Of a DNA stretch of 64,000 bases, positions 1 to 7,678 are shown in pieces. How positions within the stretch are numbered: the first letter of the stretch is position 1; every line of letters begins with the position of its first letter. This DNA comes from Pseudomonadota bacterium (GTDB lineage: Bacteria > Bdellovibrionota_B > Oligoflexia > Oligoflexales > CAIMVM01): positions 11,005-75,004 of the forward strand of contig JBAXBA010000002.1 in the NCBI GenBank assembly GCA_037142195.1, read 5' to 3'. A program made the translations under genes and the position numbers. Under the pieces are notes generated by a model, which was not told the origin of the DNA, searched no databases, and saw nothing but the letters and a program-made list of their open reading frames with translations.

Positions 1-174
1 CCGCCCGCCATCAAAAAGAATCCTTCAGTATACTTTTAGGGTGAAAAAATGACTAGTTTCAGTGGAAAGTATACTAAAGGCTACATTTAGCCTAGACGAC
101 TACTCGAGAAGTATGGAGGCAAAGCAAAATGAAAGTTTGTGAAGATCCGAAAGCTCAAAACTCTCGTGAAGAAT

Positions 175-470
175 CTAGGGCACCATGGCACTTGCGGCGA
201 TCTCATTAGAATCCACTTGAATCATATTTGGTACTTTTGCAGCCAATCCAGATATCATTTTTACTCGTTCAACGGCATCAGGATGGAACTTGATTATTCT
301 GGAGTAAACTCTCTCACTATGCACATCGAAAACATCAGATTTAAGCAGATCTATCCAAACTCCGTCGGGAAATTGATCCCGCCGCAAAGTAGTCTTGCCA
401 GTCTGACGAGGCCACAAAGAAATAAAGATCTTTGACTATTGTTTAATAAAAGCCGGCGTTTATAACTCAA
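175..470 (-). pseudogene. Truncated, frameshifted 5' fragment of a COG1373/DUF4143-type AAA+ ATPase gene
   Basis: TTG at 470 gives MSYKRRLLLNNSQ. After a 1-nt deletion the track frame (WPRQTGKTTLRRDQFPDGVWIDLLKSDVF) matches the N-terminus and Walker A of the intact paralogue 26529..27677 (GPRQTGKTTLLRDQFPDGVWIDLLKSDVF). Similarity fades after ~60 codons and the frame stops at 175. Confidence 0.7.
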
Positions 471-600
471 AATACCTCCACTTGAAAATTACATGTATAT
501 TTAAGACGATATTTACTAAACAGGCAACCTTCCTCAAATACTAGACTTTTTCCACTATGTGCCCTTATTTTAAATAGTTGTGATTTCTGCAGCAGATTCC
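338..600. repeat. Copy of the 5' end plus upstream region of the ATPase gene 26529..27677 (matches ~27538..27805)
   Basis: Long shared runs are read directly in both places: tccaaactccgtcgggaaattgatcccgc, agtagtcttgccagtctgacgaggcc, aatacctccacttgaaaattacatgtatattt, gtgcccttattttaaa and agttgtgatttctgcagca. Confidence 0.85.
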
Positions 601-601
601 G

Positions 602-910
602 CTAGTGGAAACTCATGCCGCTCAGAGCCCGTGCAATTTCTACCATCAATTTATAGGCCAACTCTTCTTGAGCAAAGAAGCGCTGAAGAAATCCGTTCAG
701 CTTCTGGAGCAGATCCATAATTCTATGTCGCCAAAATTCGTTATCTTCGGCAACAGGGAAGGACTGAAATAGAAGAGATTTTAGTGCCAATTCGATCGCA
801 AAAAACGCATTCTCTACTGAATTATTAAAGTGCCTATTATTGGATAGAATGACTCCTGCCAACTTTTCTTTCGCATTTCTACTTAATTTCTCGCATTTTT
901 TGACTTCCCT
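602..910 (-). pseudogene. Truncated HEPN-domain gene (paralogue of 25046..25456)
   Basis: The translation EVKKCEKLSRNAKEKLAGVILSNNRHFNNSVENAFFAIELALKSLLFQSFP..FWRHRIMDLLQKLNGFLQ aligns with the 136-aa HEPN ORF. The GTG start of the paralogue is AGG here (908..910). The C-terminal third is replaced at the ~601-632 junction. Confidence 0.65.
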
Positions 911-1520
911 CCCCTGTTTCCTCCGGCGCCTTCGGCTATTATGCCTTATTTATATCCTGCATCTCCTTAGACTTCTGAAATCAGCACTCTAAGCTGTTTT
1001 AATTCGATTAAAAGTAAACACAATATTGCTTGCGAAGAACTTTCCAAATACGAATTCTCCAGTTCTACTTACGCCCACAAATTTTAGTTAGGTAATGTTT
1101 ACAAGTCCTTTTTTTTCTTAAAAGATAATGGAGATTGATAGGAATCTCCTTCCAGGAAAAGCCCCCAAATTTTGCTTCATCAATAAAAAGATGCCCTGGA
1201 CGCTGGTCTTGGCAATTTTGCAAGTTTAACACCCAGCAGAAAGCTACCAAGATCGTACCTGCGTGAGAAACTAATCGAAGGTAGCATAAAATCCATAGTT
1301 AAAATACTTCCGACTCTTGAAGGAATAGATCGACTTGAAACACGTCTTCATCCTGCCGATTCACCCGAAACTAGACCTACTATTTCGAAATTTTTTTCTG
1401 CTTCTTGATGAGGATTTGCTAAGTGTAATTCCGTCAAAAAACCGCAAAAATATTTCTTTGAGCATGATGCTTGTAGCTCTTTCAGTAGAATCTAGATCTT
1501 TGAGATTTGATAGATTTTGA
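633..1520. repeat. Diverged copy of ~25176..26100 (HEPN gene body and ~650 bp upstream of it)
   Basis: The two regions are colinear by eye, e.g. gcaatttctacca.caatttataggccaa, ctgaagaaatccgtt and gcagatccataattctatg. Further on, ttcgaaat..tttttctgcttcttga and gcatg.tg.ttgt...agatttgat also match. Identity is roughly 75-85%. Confidence 0.7.
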
Positions 1521-1765
1521 AATATTGAAAGCCGCAAATTGAATCTGAAATTTGCGAGCGGAACAAAAGCTACCAAAATGCACCAAACTCATCTCACCTC
1601 TCCCGCCTTTGGCAATCTGCCGCAAGAAGGTCTCTGGTTCCCATAGGAAAGTTTCTTAGTTAGCATTTACCAGAAAAAAGAAAGGCGTTTGGAAATAGAG
1701 TTATGCTTTGTCAAGATCCATAACTATCTGATGGAGTCGTTGGCTTGAATCGACATGGAACAGGT

Positions 1766-2635
1766 CTATGGAAGGTCAGAAGACGATTCTGTTATGCGGC
1801 CAACTGCAACCAGAAATAGATCTAAGTCCCAAGCCTCAAGGCGATCTGTGTCGAAAATAAATGGTCTAATGTCTTCTTTAAGTGCGTTCATGTCTATCGT
1901 CCTTAGCTTCTGATCTAAAAGATATTTGACTGCAGATAAGGTTAGTGGGTCACTTTCTAAATAGTGACCACTCTGTCTCATCCGCTTTTCAAGATGGAAA
2001 ATATTTGGTGCGACTCCTCGACCAACGTACCAAAGGACATCATACCAATCCCTTCCTTTTACATTCTGCACCCTTTGTCGACAAAGTGCGGCGTGCAATT
2101 TACCTGCAAACAGACTAGGCAGATCATAAGTCAAGACACTAAAAGGAATTGGCATAAGAAGCACATTTGCGATAAAGTTAGCCCCTTCTGGCGGATCCGT
2201 ATCCACCTCAAGTTTAATTTTAATCTGCCTATCTCTGTGAGTTTTTGATTTGGAGCCAATATGAATAAGGTGTGTCTGAGTATTACCTTTAATAAAAGCA
2301 GACTCAACGGATGAAAGAGTTGATTTAACTTTTTTTTCCACAGACACCATAAAACCATAGGATTGCAATTCGCTTTTGATGGCATTGAGATAGTCATCCA
2401 GCCGGAAATTCTCATGTTTTTTGGTCAGTGAGAAGTCAATATCTTCAGAGAATCTGTCAAGTCCATAAAAGATGCGAAGTGCAGTTTCTCCGTAAAAGGC
2501 TGCATGTTCAAAAAATTTTGATCGCCACAGACCAAGAAGAGCAACTTCTTGTATGACTTCTTTAAGTGCTCTTTCTTCCTCGTCTAGGCTTCTCGCTTTA
2601 TATTTGCTAAGCATAGATAAAATAGCTGAGTTCAT
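1766..2635 (-). CDS. abiEii: AbiEii/AbiGii-family nucleotidyltransferase toxin (type IV TA / abortive infection)
   Basis: This 289-aa ORF has the family hallmark FYGETALRIFYGLDRFSEDIDFSL. Its ATG overlaps the stop of the upstream antitoxin gene (ATGA). Confidence 0.85.
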   Translation of the reverse strand: MNSAILSMLSKYKARSLDEEERALKEVIQEVALLGLWRSKFFEHAAFYGETALRIFYGLDRFSEDIDFSLTKKHENFRLDDYLNAIKSELQSYGFMVSVEKKVKSTLSSVESAFIKGNTQTHLIHIGSKSKTHRDRQIKIKLEVDTDPPEGANFIANVLLMPIPFSVLTYDLPSLFAGKLHAALCRQRVQNVKGRDWYDVLWYVGRGVAPNIFHLEKRMRQSGHYLESDPLTLSAVKYLLDQKLRTIDMNALKEDIRPFIFDTDRLEAWDLDLFLVAVGRITESSSDLP

Positions 2636-3261
2636 TTCAGTTTCCTTATGCAGTTGGCAAGTTCGGCGCCTAAGGGCAACTTGCTTACAAGTGATAAGTC
2701 TTTTAGCTTCCCTAGGGAAAGCTTTTTTAGCGCGCTTTCATCCAATCGCAGATCTGTAATCAGAAGATCGAGAGTTGGCACCAAACTTTCTAGATTGCTA
2801 CCTAATCGATATTTTACAAAATCAAACAAAGCTTTTTCAGGAGTTGCCAAAAGGGCAAACCTCTCTTGATCTATCGCAATGCGACCCATCCCTGCGGCAT
2901 ACAAATTTGCATTTTGGAAAAAGTATTCAAATTCTCCAATTGGCGTTTTAAAGTGCTTTTTGCGCCCTGTCGTAACACTCCAAACCGCAACAGGAGCTTC
3001 AGGGATGAGCCCATAATGAGAAAGTGCTGATGCATAGGAAACATAAGATGGACCAAATATAAGATTGGCCAAAATAAGCCGTGAAAATGGCTTCTTAAAT
3101 TGGGGACCTGGAATATAGAGCCCTTTTTTTACCCTAACGATCTCCTCAGAGTTCAGCAACCTACGAATCCGTCCCCACGGATCAGAATACCCGGACAATT
3201 TATTCATCAAATAAACATAATCAAATTCGTTGGGTATGTCTTCACCGGGACTAAAAAGCAC
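2632..3261 (-). CDS. abiEi: AbiEi-family antitoxin / transcriptional regulator
   Basis: This 209-aa ORF has an N-terminal wHTH-like segment, RIRRLLNSEEIVRVKKGLYIP. Its GTG start lies 8 nt after GGAGGA. It has a 4-nt coupling overlap with abiEii. Confidence 0.75.
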   Translation of the reverse strand: MLFSPGEDIPNEFDYVYLMNKLSGYSDPWGRIRRLLNSEEIVRVKKGLYIPGPQFKKPFSRLILANLIFGPSYVSYASALSHYGLIPEAPVAVWSVTTGRKKHFKTPIGEFEYFFQNANLYAAGMGRIAIDQERFALLATPEKALFDFVKYRLGSNLESLVPTLDLLITDLRLDESALKKLSLGKLKDLSLVSKLPLGAELANCIRKLK

Positions 3262-3443
3262 AAGAAATATCCTCCAGTATCTGTTATTTTACACCAGATA
3301 CTGGAGATAAATCAATCCTTCTTTCGGCTTGCTTTATACTGACAAAAATGAGGCTGTCAGCCTCTTCCCCAAACTGCGTGACACTCTTTTTTCTAGCGGC
3401 CATTTAGCTTCCGACCTTACGGGCGAGATACTATCCTAGTTTA

Positions 3444-3746
3444 TTAAGATGACTTTTTCTTTGGCCGGCTTGATTTGACATGATCCAAAAGCACCATCCG
3501 CAGATACGGCTGGGAACCAAGGCCTTTCTCGCTAGCTAAACTTTTGAGCTGGGCGATAAGCTGCTTCGGTAATCGTACGGATATCACTTGAAGGCCCTTG
3601 GCCTCATCCATTTCTAGTTCCCTTTCGGAACTTATGGATTTAGCGTGTAGAGCGTCCGCACCTAACTCCCGCGACTCCCACTTCTCAACTGCATATTTCG
3701 GTGCAAGCCGGTCACTCAGGAAGGACCTTACTGAAGAAGGCCCCAA
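3444..3746 (-). CDS. CopG/RHH-type (BrnA-like) antitoxin, orphan copy; start uncertain
   Basis: EKWESRELGADALHAKSI..MDEAKGLQVISVRLPKQLIAQLKSLASEKGLGSQPYLRMVLLDHV is a close paralogue of 29972..30292. No toxin gene lies upstream. The 5' end runs into an AbiEi fragment. Confidence 0.5.
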   Translation of the reverse strand: MGPSSVRSFLSDRLAPKYAVEKWESRELGADALHAKSISSERELEMDEAKGLQVISVRLPKQLIAQLKSLASEKGLGSQPYLRMVLLDHVKSSRPKKKSS

Positions 3747-3783
3747 GCAAAACCTCGGGCAGATAATGACCTAACTATTCGTT
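3726..3783. repeat. Chimeric fragment of an abiEi 5' end found at module junctions
   Basis: 3742..3783 matches 12510..12551 (the 5' end of the abiEi gene 11959..12570) with about 3 mismatches. 3726..3770 matches ~29796..29840. The reverse translation ERIVRSLSARGFAWG compares with RIVRSISAQGFAWAF. Confidence 0.75.
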
Positions 3784-3948
3784 CGTATGAGGAATTAATC
3801 ACAAAAATATCGGCTATATTTGCAAGAATATATGAGATCATTTTTCTCTCACAGCTACACTAAAATGGACTACGTCGGAGAGCAACAAAAAGAGAGACGT
3901 TTGGACGTAGAGCTGAACTATGCCAAAATACAACTTTTCCAAAACTAC

Positions 3949-4449
3949 TTACGCAGCAGAGGAGAATCTTAAGTCACTCAGTTGCTTCAGGAAGAGTTCA
4001 TCGGAATCTATTACGAGAACGCTTTCATCACCCAACATCTTCCTAGTGGAACCAGCTTGGGCGAGCTCCATCGCCAAGCGCTCTAAAGCAAGCATAGCTT
4101 GAGATTTTGATATTTCCTGTTCCGAACGTAGAATCTTAGATACTTTTGATTTTTGACACCCCACAAGTAGGCCAAATTCAACTTGATTTACTTTAAGAAA
4201 GACCATAATCGCTCGGACTTTGCTGGCACTGATGGTAAAATCTGTCTCTTGAATTGCCTTACGATAATTTAGCTTTAAAAAACTAAGAACCGCCAATTGA
4301 TTTAAACGATGAATTTCTGATGCTGCAAGAGATCTACGACATTTTTCGGAAATCCCCACTTCTACATCATCCACGACAATCGTTCCAAGAGGATGCTTAT
4401 ACTCATATTTAGATTCTTTAACGCGCTTTAACATGTTCTCTTTCTCCAA
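3949..4449 (-). CDS. HTH (XRE-like) antitoxin candidate
   Basis: This 166-aa ORF has an HTH-like segment, QVEFGLLVGCQKSKVSKILRSEQEISKSQAMLAL. It overlaps the upstream small ORF by 32 nt in a two-gene TA-like layout. Confidence 0.45.
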   Translation of the reverse strand: MEKENMLKRVKESKYEYKHPLGTIVVDDVEVGISEKCRRSLAASEIHRLNQLAVLSFLKLNYRKAIQETDFTISASKVRAIMVFLKVNQVEFGLLVGCQKSKVSKILRSEQEISKSQAMLALERLAMELAQAGSTRKMLGDESVLVIDSDELFLKQLSDLRFSSAA

Positions 4450-4732
4450 CAGAAACTACGAGAATAAGCTGCCCTCTATCGTCTTCCTCAAACTGGACGA
4501 CAAGCCTAACCGCATTTCCAAGTACATCCTTAGTTCTCCAGTAAAACCTCTCGCCTAAAAAATTTAGATCCCTGGTATCCTGAAATCTTCCCGGCCCTTT
4601 AACAAGCGAAAAAACTTCGGCCACCGACCATGCACGCTCTGGATGGTCAAGCAAAACATGCTCTTCGCAGACTTCAATTCGGTTTTCAGCACGCAACTTA
4701 AAAAATAACCTTTTTGCTTCGGTAAGTTTCAC
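4418..4732 (-). CDS. Small toxin candidate (DUF4258-like)
   Basis: This 104-aa ORF sits upstream of, and overlaps, the HTH gene. The segment EEHVLLDHPERAWSVAEVFSLVKGPG ... LILVVSV resembles DUF4258-type toxins. The family assignment is tentative. Confidence 0.35.
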   Translation of the reverse strand: MKLTEAKRLFFKLRAENRIEVCEEHVLLDHPERAWSVAEVFSLVKGPGRFQDTRDLNFLGERFYWRTKDVLGNAVRLVVQFEEDDRGQLILVVSVGEREHVKAR

Positions 4733-4912
4733 CCTCTTCCCTTTCTACAAGAATCTCTTCGGAGTGTCCACAGGAAACCTTTAAATGCATGCTAATCTGC
4801 TGTCATAAAACGGCAAAAAACACTTGGAAGCGTCTTTCCTTCCAGCAATCGACCCTCCCTTTCGATGGATGCATTCAGATAAAAATTGGGAGGCTAAACC
4901 TGGACAAACTCA

Positions 4913-4936
4913 TCAAGTCGTCAAGTCGTCAAGTCG
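4913..4936. repeat. 3 x 8-bp perfect tandem repeat (tcaagtcg)
   Basis: Read directly as tcaagtcgtcaagtcgtcaagtcg. It is intergenic. Confidence 0.9.
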
Positions 4937-5216
4937 AGTAAAATATCGCTACCTGAGACCAGGTTAAATGATGAAAATTTTTAAAAAAAAGAGGCGGCAT
5001 TTATATCAAAAAGAAAAGAAGCGACGGTGAGTGAGTCTACCGCTATGACTTTAGTCAAGAGGGCCTGTTGGATAGGTGTTGCCCATTCAGATGCTCTTTC
5101 ATTCAAAGCGTTAGGTTGCCTCAATTCATTCGGCCCTTATTGAGGAGAATTTGATGATTCCATCACGGTGTTTGTTATCGTCTCCTAGGATAGGATTGCA
5201 CAGGCCCATCCGACTT

Positions 5217-5951
5217 TGCTCCGCCCAAAACCATCCCTTCCAAAATTTAGTTCCAAATTCGGAATCTTCACGCTCTAGAGACTGTAATCGAAGAAGCACC
5301 TATGATTTTTTAAAAACTCTAAAACCATCTTTTTTATATCCCAGAATCCCTCTCTTCATAAACAGTTAAAATATTTAGGAAGTCACTTTGGGAAATCTCG
5401 TGAGAATCTACGTCCCAAAGATTTGATGATTTTTTTAGTCATGGGTCGCCCCATCAAGACTCCTCAAACATCACCCGCTCGAAAGTTATTATTTTGGTCG
5501 AACGGCTTCTTACCTTCTCCGCTCAGTGCTGATTTAACTCCGACAAGCTCTCCCAGTCCCAAAAGAGTAACCACCATCAATGGGCATTCCCTCTCCCTCA
5601 TGAAATAACAATGCGATCCGTAAAATCATGTTAGAAGCTGCCATTAAACGCGGCGTTTTACCCTGGCAAATAAGCTTGAAAACCAAGGTCCAAACAATCA
5701 ATCACTACTCAAACCTTTGGCGATGCGAGAATATCTGTAAAGACAAAGTATATGCCTTTATGCTAGCGGCTATCGGCAACAAATTGGTAGGGAATCGTCC
5801 TGGTCGATCTGAGCCCAGAAAAAGGAAACGAAGACCAAAACCCTCTAAAATTCTACATTGCAAAAGAAATGCTACTCGGGTAGATGCAGTGCCTGTACGC
5901 AAAAACCTAGAAAACCTGCAGTTAAAATTCGCTCAAACCAATGCGCAGTAA
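5217..5951 (+). mobile_element. Decayed IS4-type DDE transposase remnant (copy R1, most complete; C-terminal ORF 5628..5951)
   Basis: The ORF 5628..5951 ends in VGNRPGRSEPRKRKRRPKPSKIL, a typical IS4-family C-terminal tail. The same frame upstream reads NAIRKIM just after a TGA. Further upstream, broken frames give LYPR..LF.N and F.GKS.EN..R-like pieces. Left-hand parts recur at 10776, 12701, 27878 and 30719. Confidence 0.5.
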
Positions 5952-6062
5952 AGACGACGCGCTTAACCTAGTGCCATTGAGTTAATAACTTAGTCACAAT
6001 TGAATAAAGAAGTCGCATTCCCGCAAACAAAAGTACGGAGCTAAATTCAGAGATTTCAAATT

Positions 6063-7394
6063 TTACTTCTTAATGTATTTCGTATTCTTGCCTTGTCCTA
6101 TTCGCTGAAGAATTCCCCGGCTTACGAGTTCAGACAAGGTGAAAGAAGCAGTTCGATCAGAAACTCCAGCAAGAACTAAATCGCGCTTATTTACTTCGAT
6201 TTTTTCCTGGAGAATCGCTAGAGCGGTTTCGACAGGCGATATCTGAGCTGAAAATACTTTTTTTCGGAACAGTATCACCTTAAAGCTCTTTGCCTGTTCC
6301 AAAAAGTTGGGATGCTGCAGATGGGCTGCTGCCAGGGCTCTTCTTGCTTCAAGAATTCCACTTCCAAGTTTTTCCATGAGCCTCAATTTACGTGCGAATT
6401 TTGTAATATGAATATTTCGAATCTGACTAGTACCATCACCTAAACTCTGAGCATAAATCGATGGCGGTAGCTCCCCTGGACTAAAGATTTCCAGTCGATC
6501 GTCGAAAATAGCAATTTTGACTGGACCAGCAATATTGTATTTTCTGTGAATTAGCGCGTTCAAAATCAGCCCCCTAAGCGCTAGCTCAGGAAAACATTCT
6601 TCTGGCCCGAATTTAACATGGTTCCTCAAGGTATAGTTAGAAGAGGTATATTCATTAATAAGCGAAATGGCCTCGTTCGACATCTTTCCCAAATTTCCAG
6701 ATAAATCATGTGACCTCACTATATCTCTGCCTGTGATTCCTCTAAATTTAGTGACAATAATTTCACTCTCGGGAACAAAACGTTGTGGCTCTAATCCGTA
6801 TACCATTAGCGCAGCCAGTGTCGGATAGTAGTCACCTGAAATGTCCTTGGCCAATACTCCCTCTCGTTCTAGATCTTTTTCAGAATACCCAGAGTAGATC
6901 TTTTTTAGCAGAGTCTGGTCTAAGTCTTTGATGCTTGCTTCATGAGAAGGAACTCGTGCGTCAAAGGGCTTCTCAAATGCTTGGAGCAGGAGGAGTTCTT
7001 TAAGGTCGTCCTCGGCTGGGCGAAGGGTTGAACGACCTGAACGAACATATACTCCTTGTGTAGATCCCTCGCTTTTCAAGAAATAGGGCTTGGCATTTCC
7101 CTGACTGACTTGTACTTCGAGAATATTTTTTCCCTATATATTTCTTACCAAAAGATTAGGAATAAGAAATGGATAAATAGATTGCGCGATTGTATTGCTG
7201 AACTCTTCCAAGAAATGATTTAGATCGTCATCACCTATCCCAACAATCTCACCGTCGTCCGAGACGCCTATAAATATGCTGCCACCTGATGTATTTGCAA
7301 ATGCGGCACAAGTCTTAAGGATTCCAGCTGAGGGCGTAAAATCTCGTTTGAATTCGCAATTTTTTCCCTCTGCATTAGGCATTAAAAATGTCAT
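6063..7394 (-). pseudogene. COG2865 'RecG-like' regulator (AlbA_2/Schlafen-like + HATPase_c_4 + wHTH) interrupted by one in-frame TAG
   Basis: The two track ORFs (7134..7394 and 6063..7079) are in the same frame. Read-through gives ..LLVRNI*GKNILEVQVSQGNAKPYFLKSEGSTQGVYVRSG.., colinear with the intact paralogue 22548..23897. The TAG is at 7134..7136. Family motifs are ILKTCAAFANTSGGSIFIGV and LRGLILNALIHRKY. Confidence 0.8.
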
Positions 7395-7437
7395 AGTCTG
7401 TTCTCCGAGAAATAGAGATTTTTTTTGTACGCGAGGC

Positions 7438-7495
7438 CATACCCCGGATCGCGCAATTCACGCAAGCATACCCCGGATCGCGCAATTCACGTAAG
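7438..7495. repeat. 2 x 29-bp tandem direct repeat 44-101 nt upstream of the COG2865 gene start
   Basis: cataccccggatcgcgcaattcacgcaag is followed by cataccccggatcgcgcaattcacgtaag, with 1 mismatch. Confidence 0.9.
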
Positions 7496-7678
7496 TATGC
7501 CCGCAGGGTAAAATCGGACTTTTTAAAATATCAATGGTTTCAGTATATTAAACCATCTTAAACTAAGTTCTTTACACTCGGTAGATTGCCATTCGATATT
7601 TGGCCGCATTTAAATGCTAATTCTTAAATCGCGATGGATGGCTTTTGCGCGGCGCTGAGACCGAACGTTTGAGGCGTC

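Noticed and set aside
5151-5608. Track ORFs 5151..5369, 5423..5608, 30925..31182, 30956..31243 and 31112..31321 as real genes
   Set aside because: They lie inside the R repeat family. They are not conserved as intact frames between copies and are low-complexity (Ser/Pro-rich). They are treated as transposase debris.
6463-6470. ops/JUMPstart-like ggcggtag octamer
   Set aside because: It lies inside the coding region of a minus-strand island gene, on the opposite strand and far from the polysaccharide operon leaders. It is a chance occurrence.
7134-7136. TAG reassignment or programmed read-through, because two island genes carry in-frame TAG (also 30504..30506)
   Set aside because: TAG clearly terminates well-conserved neighbours at the expected protein ends (e.g. 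abiEii at 1766..1768, the epimerase at 48506..48508). The island is full of other pseudogenes, so ordinary nonsense mutations are the parsimonious reading.
7438-7495. Possible CRISPR array: 29-bp repeats here, at 9352..9409 and at 22435..22505
   Set aside because: The units are directly tandem or nearly so, with no unique spacers, and there are only 2-3 copies. No cas genes are present. They fit operator or slippage repeats better.
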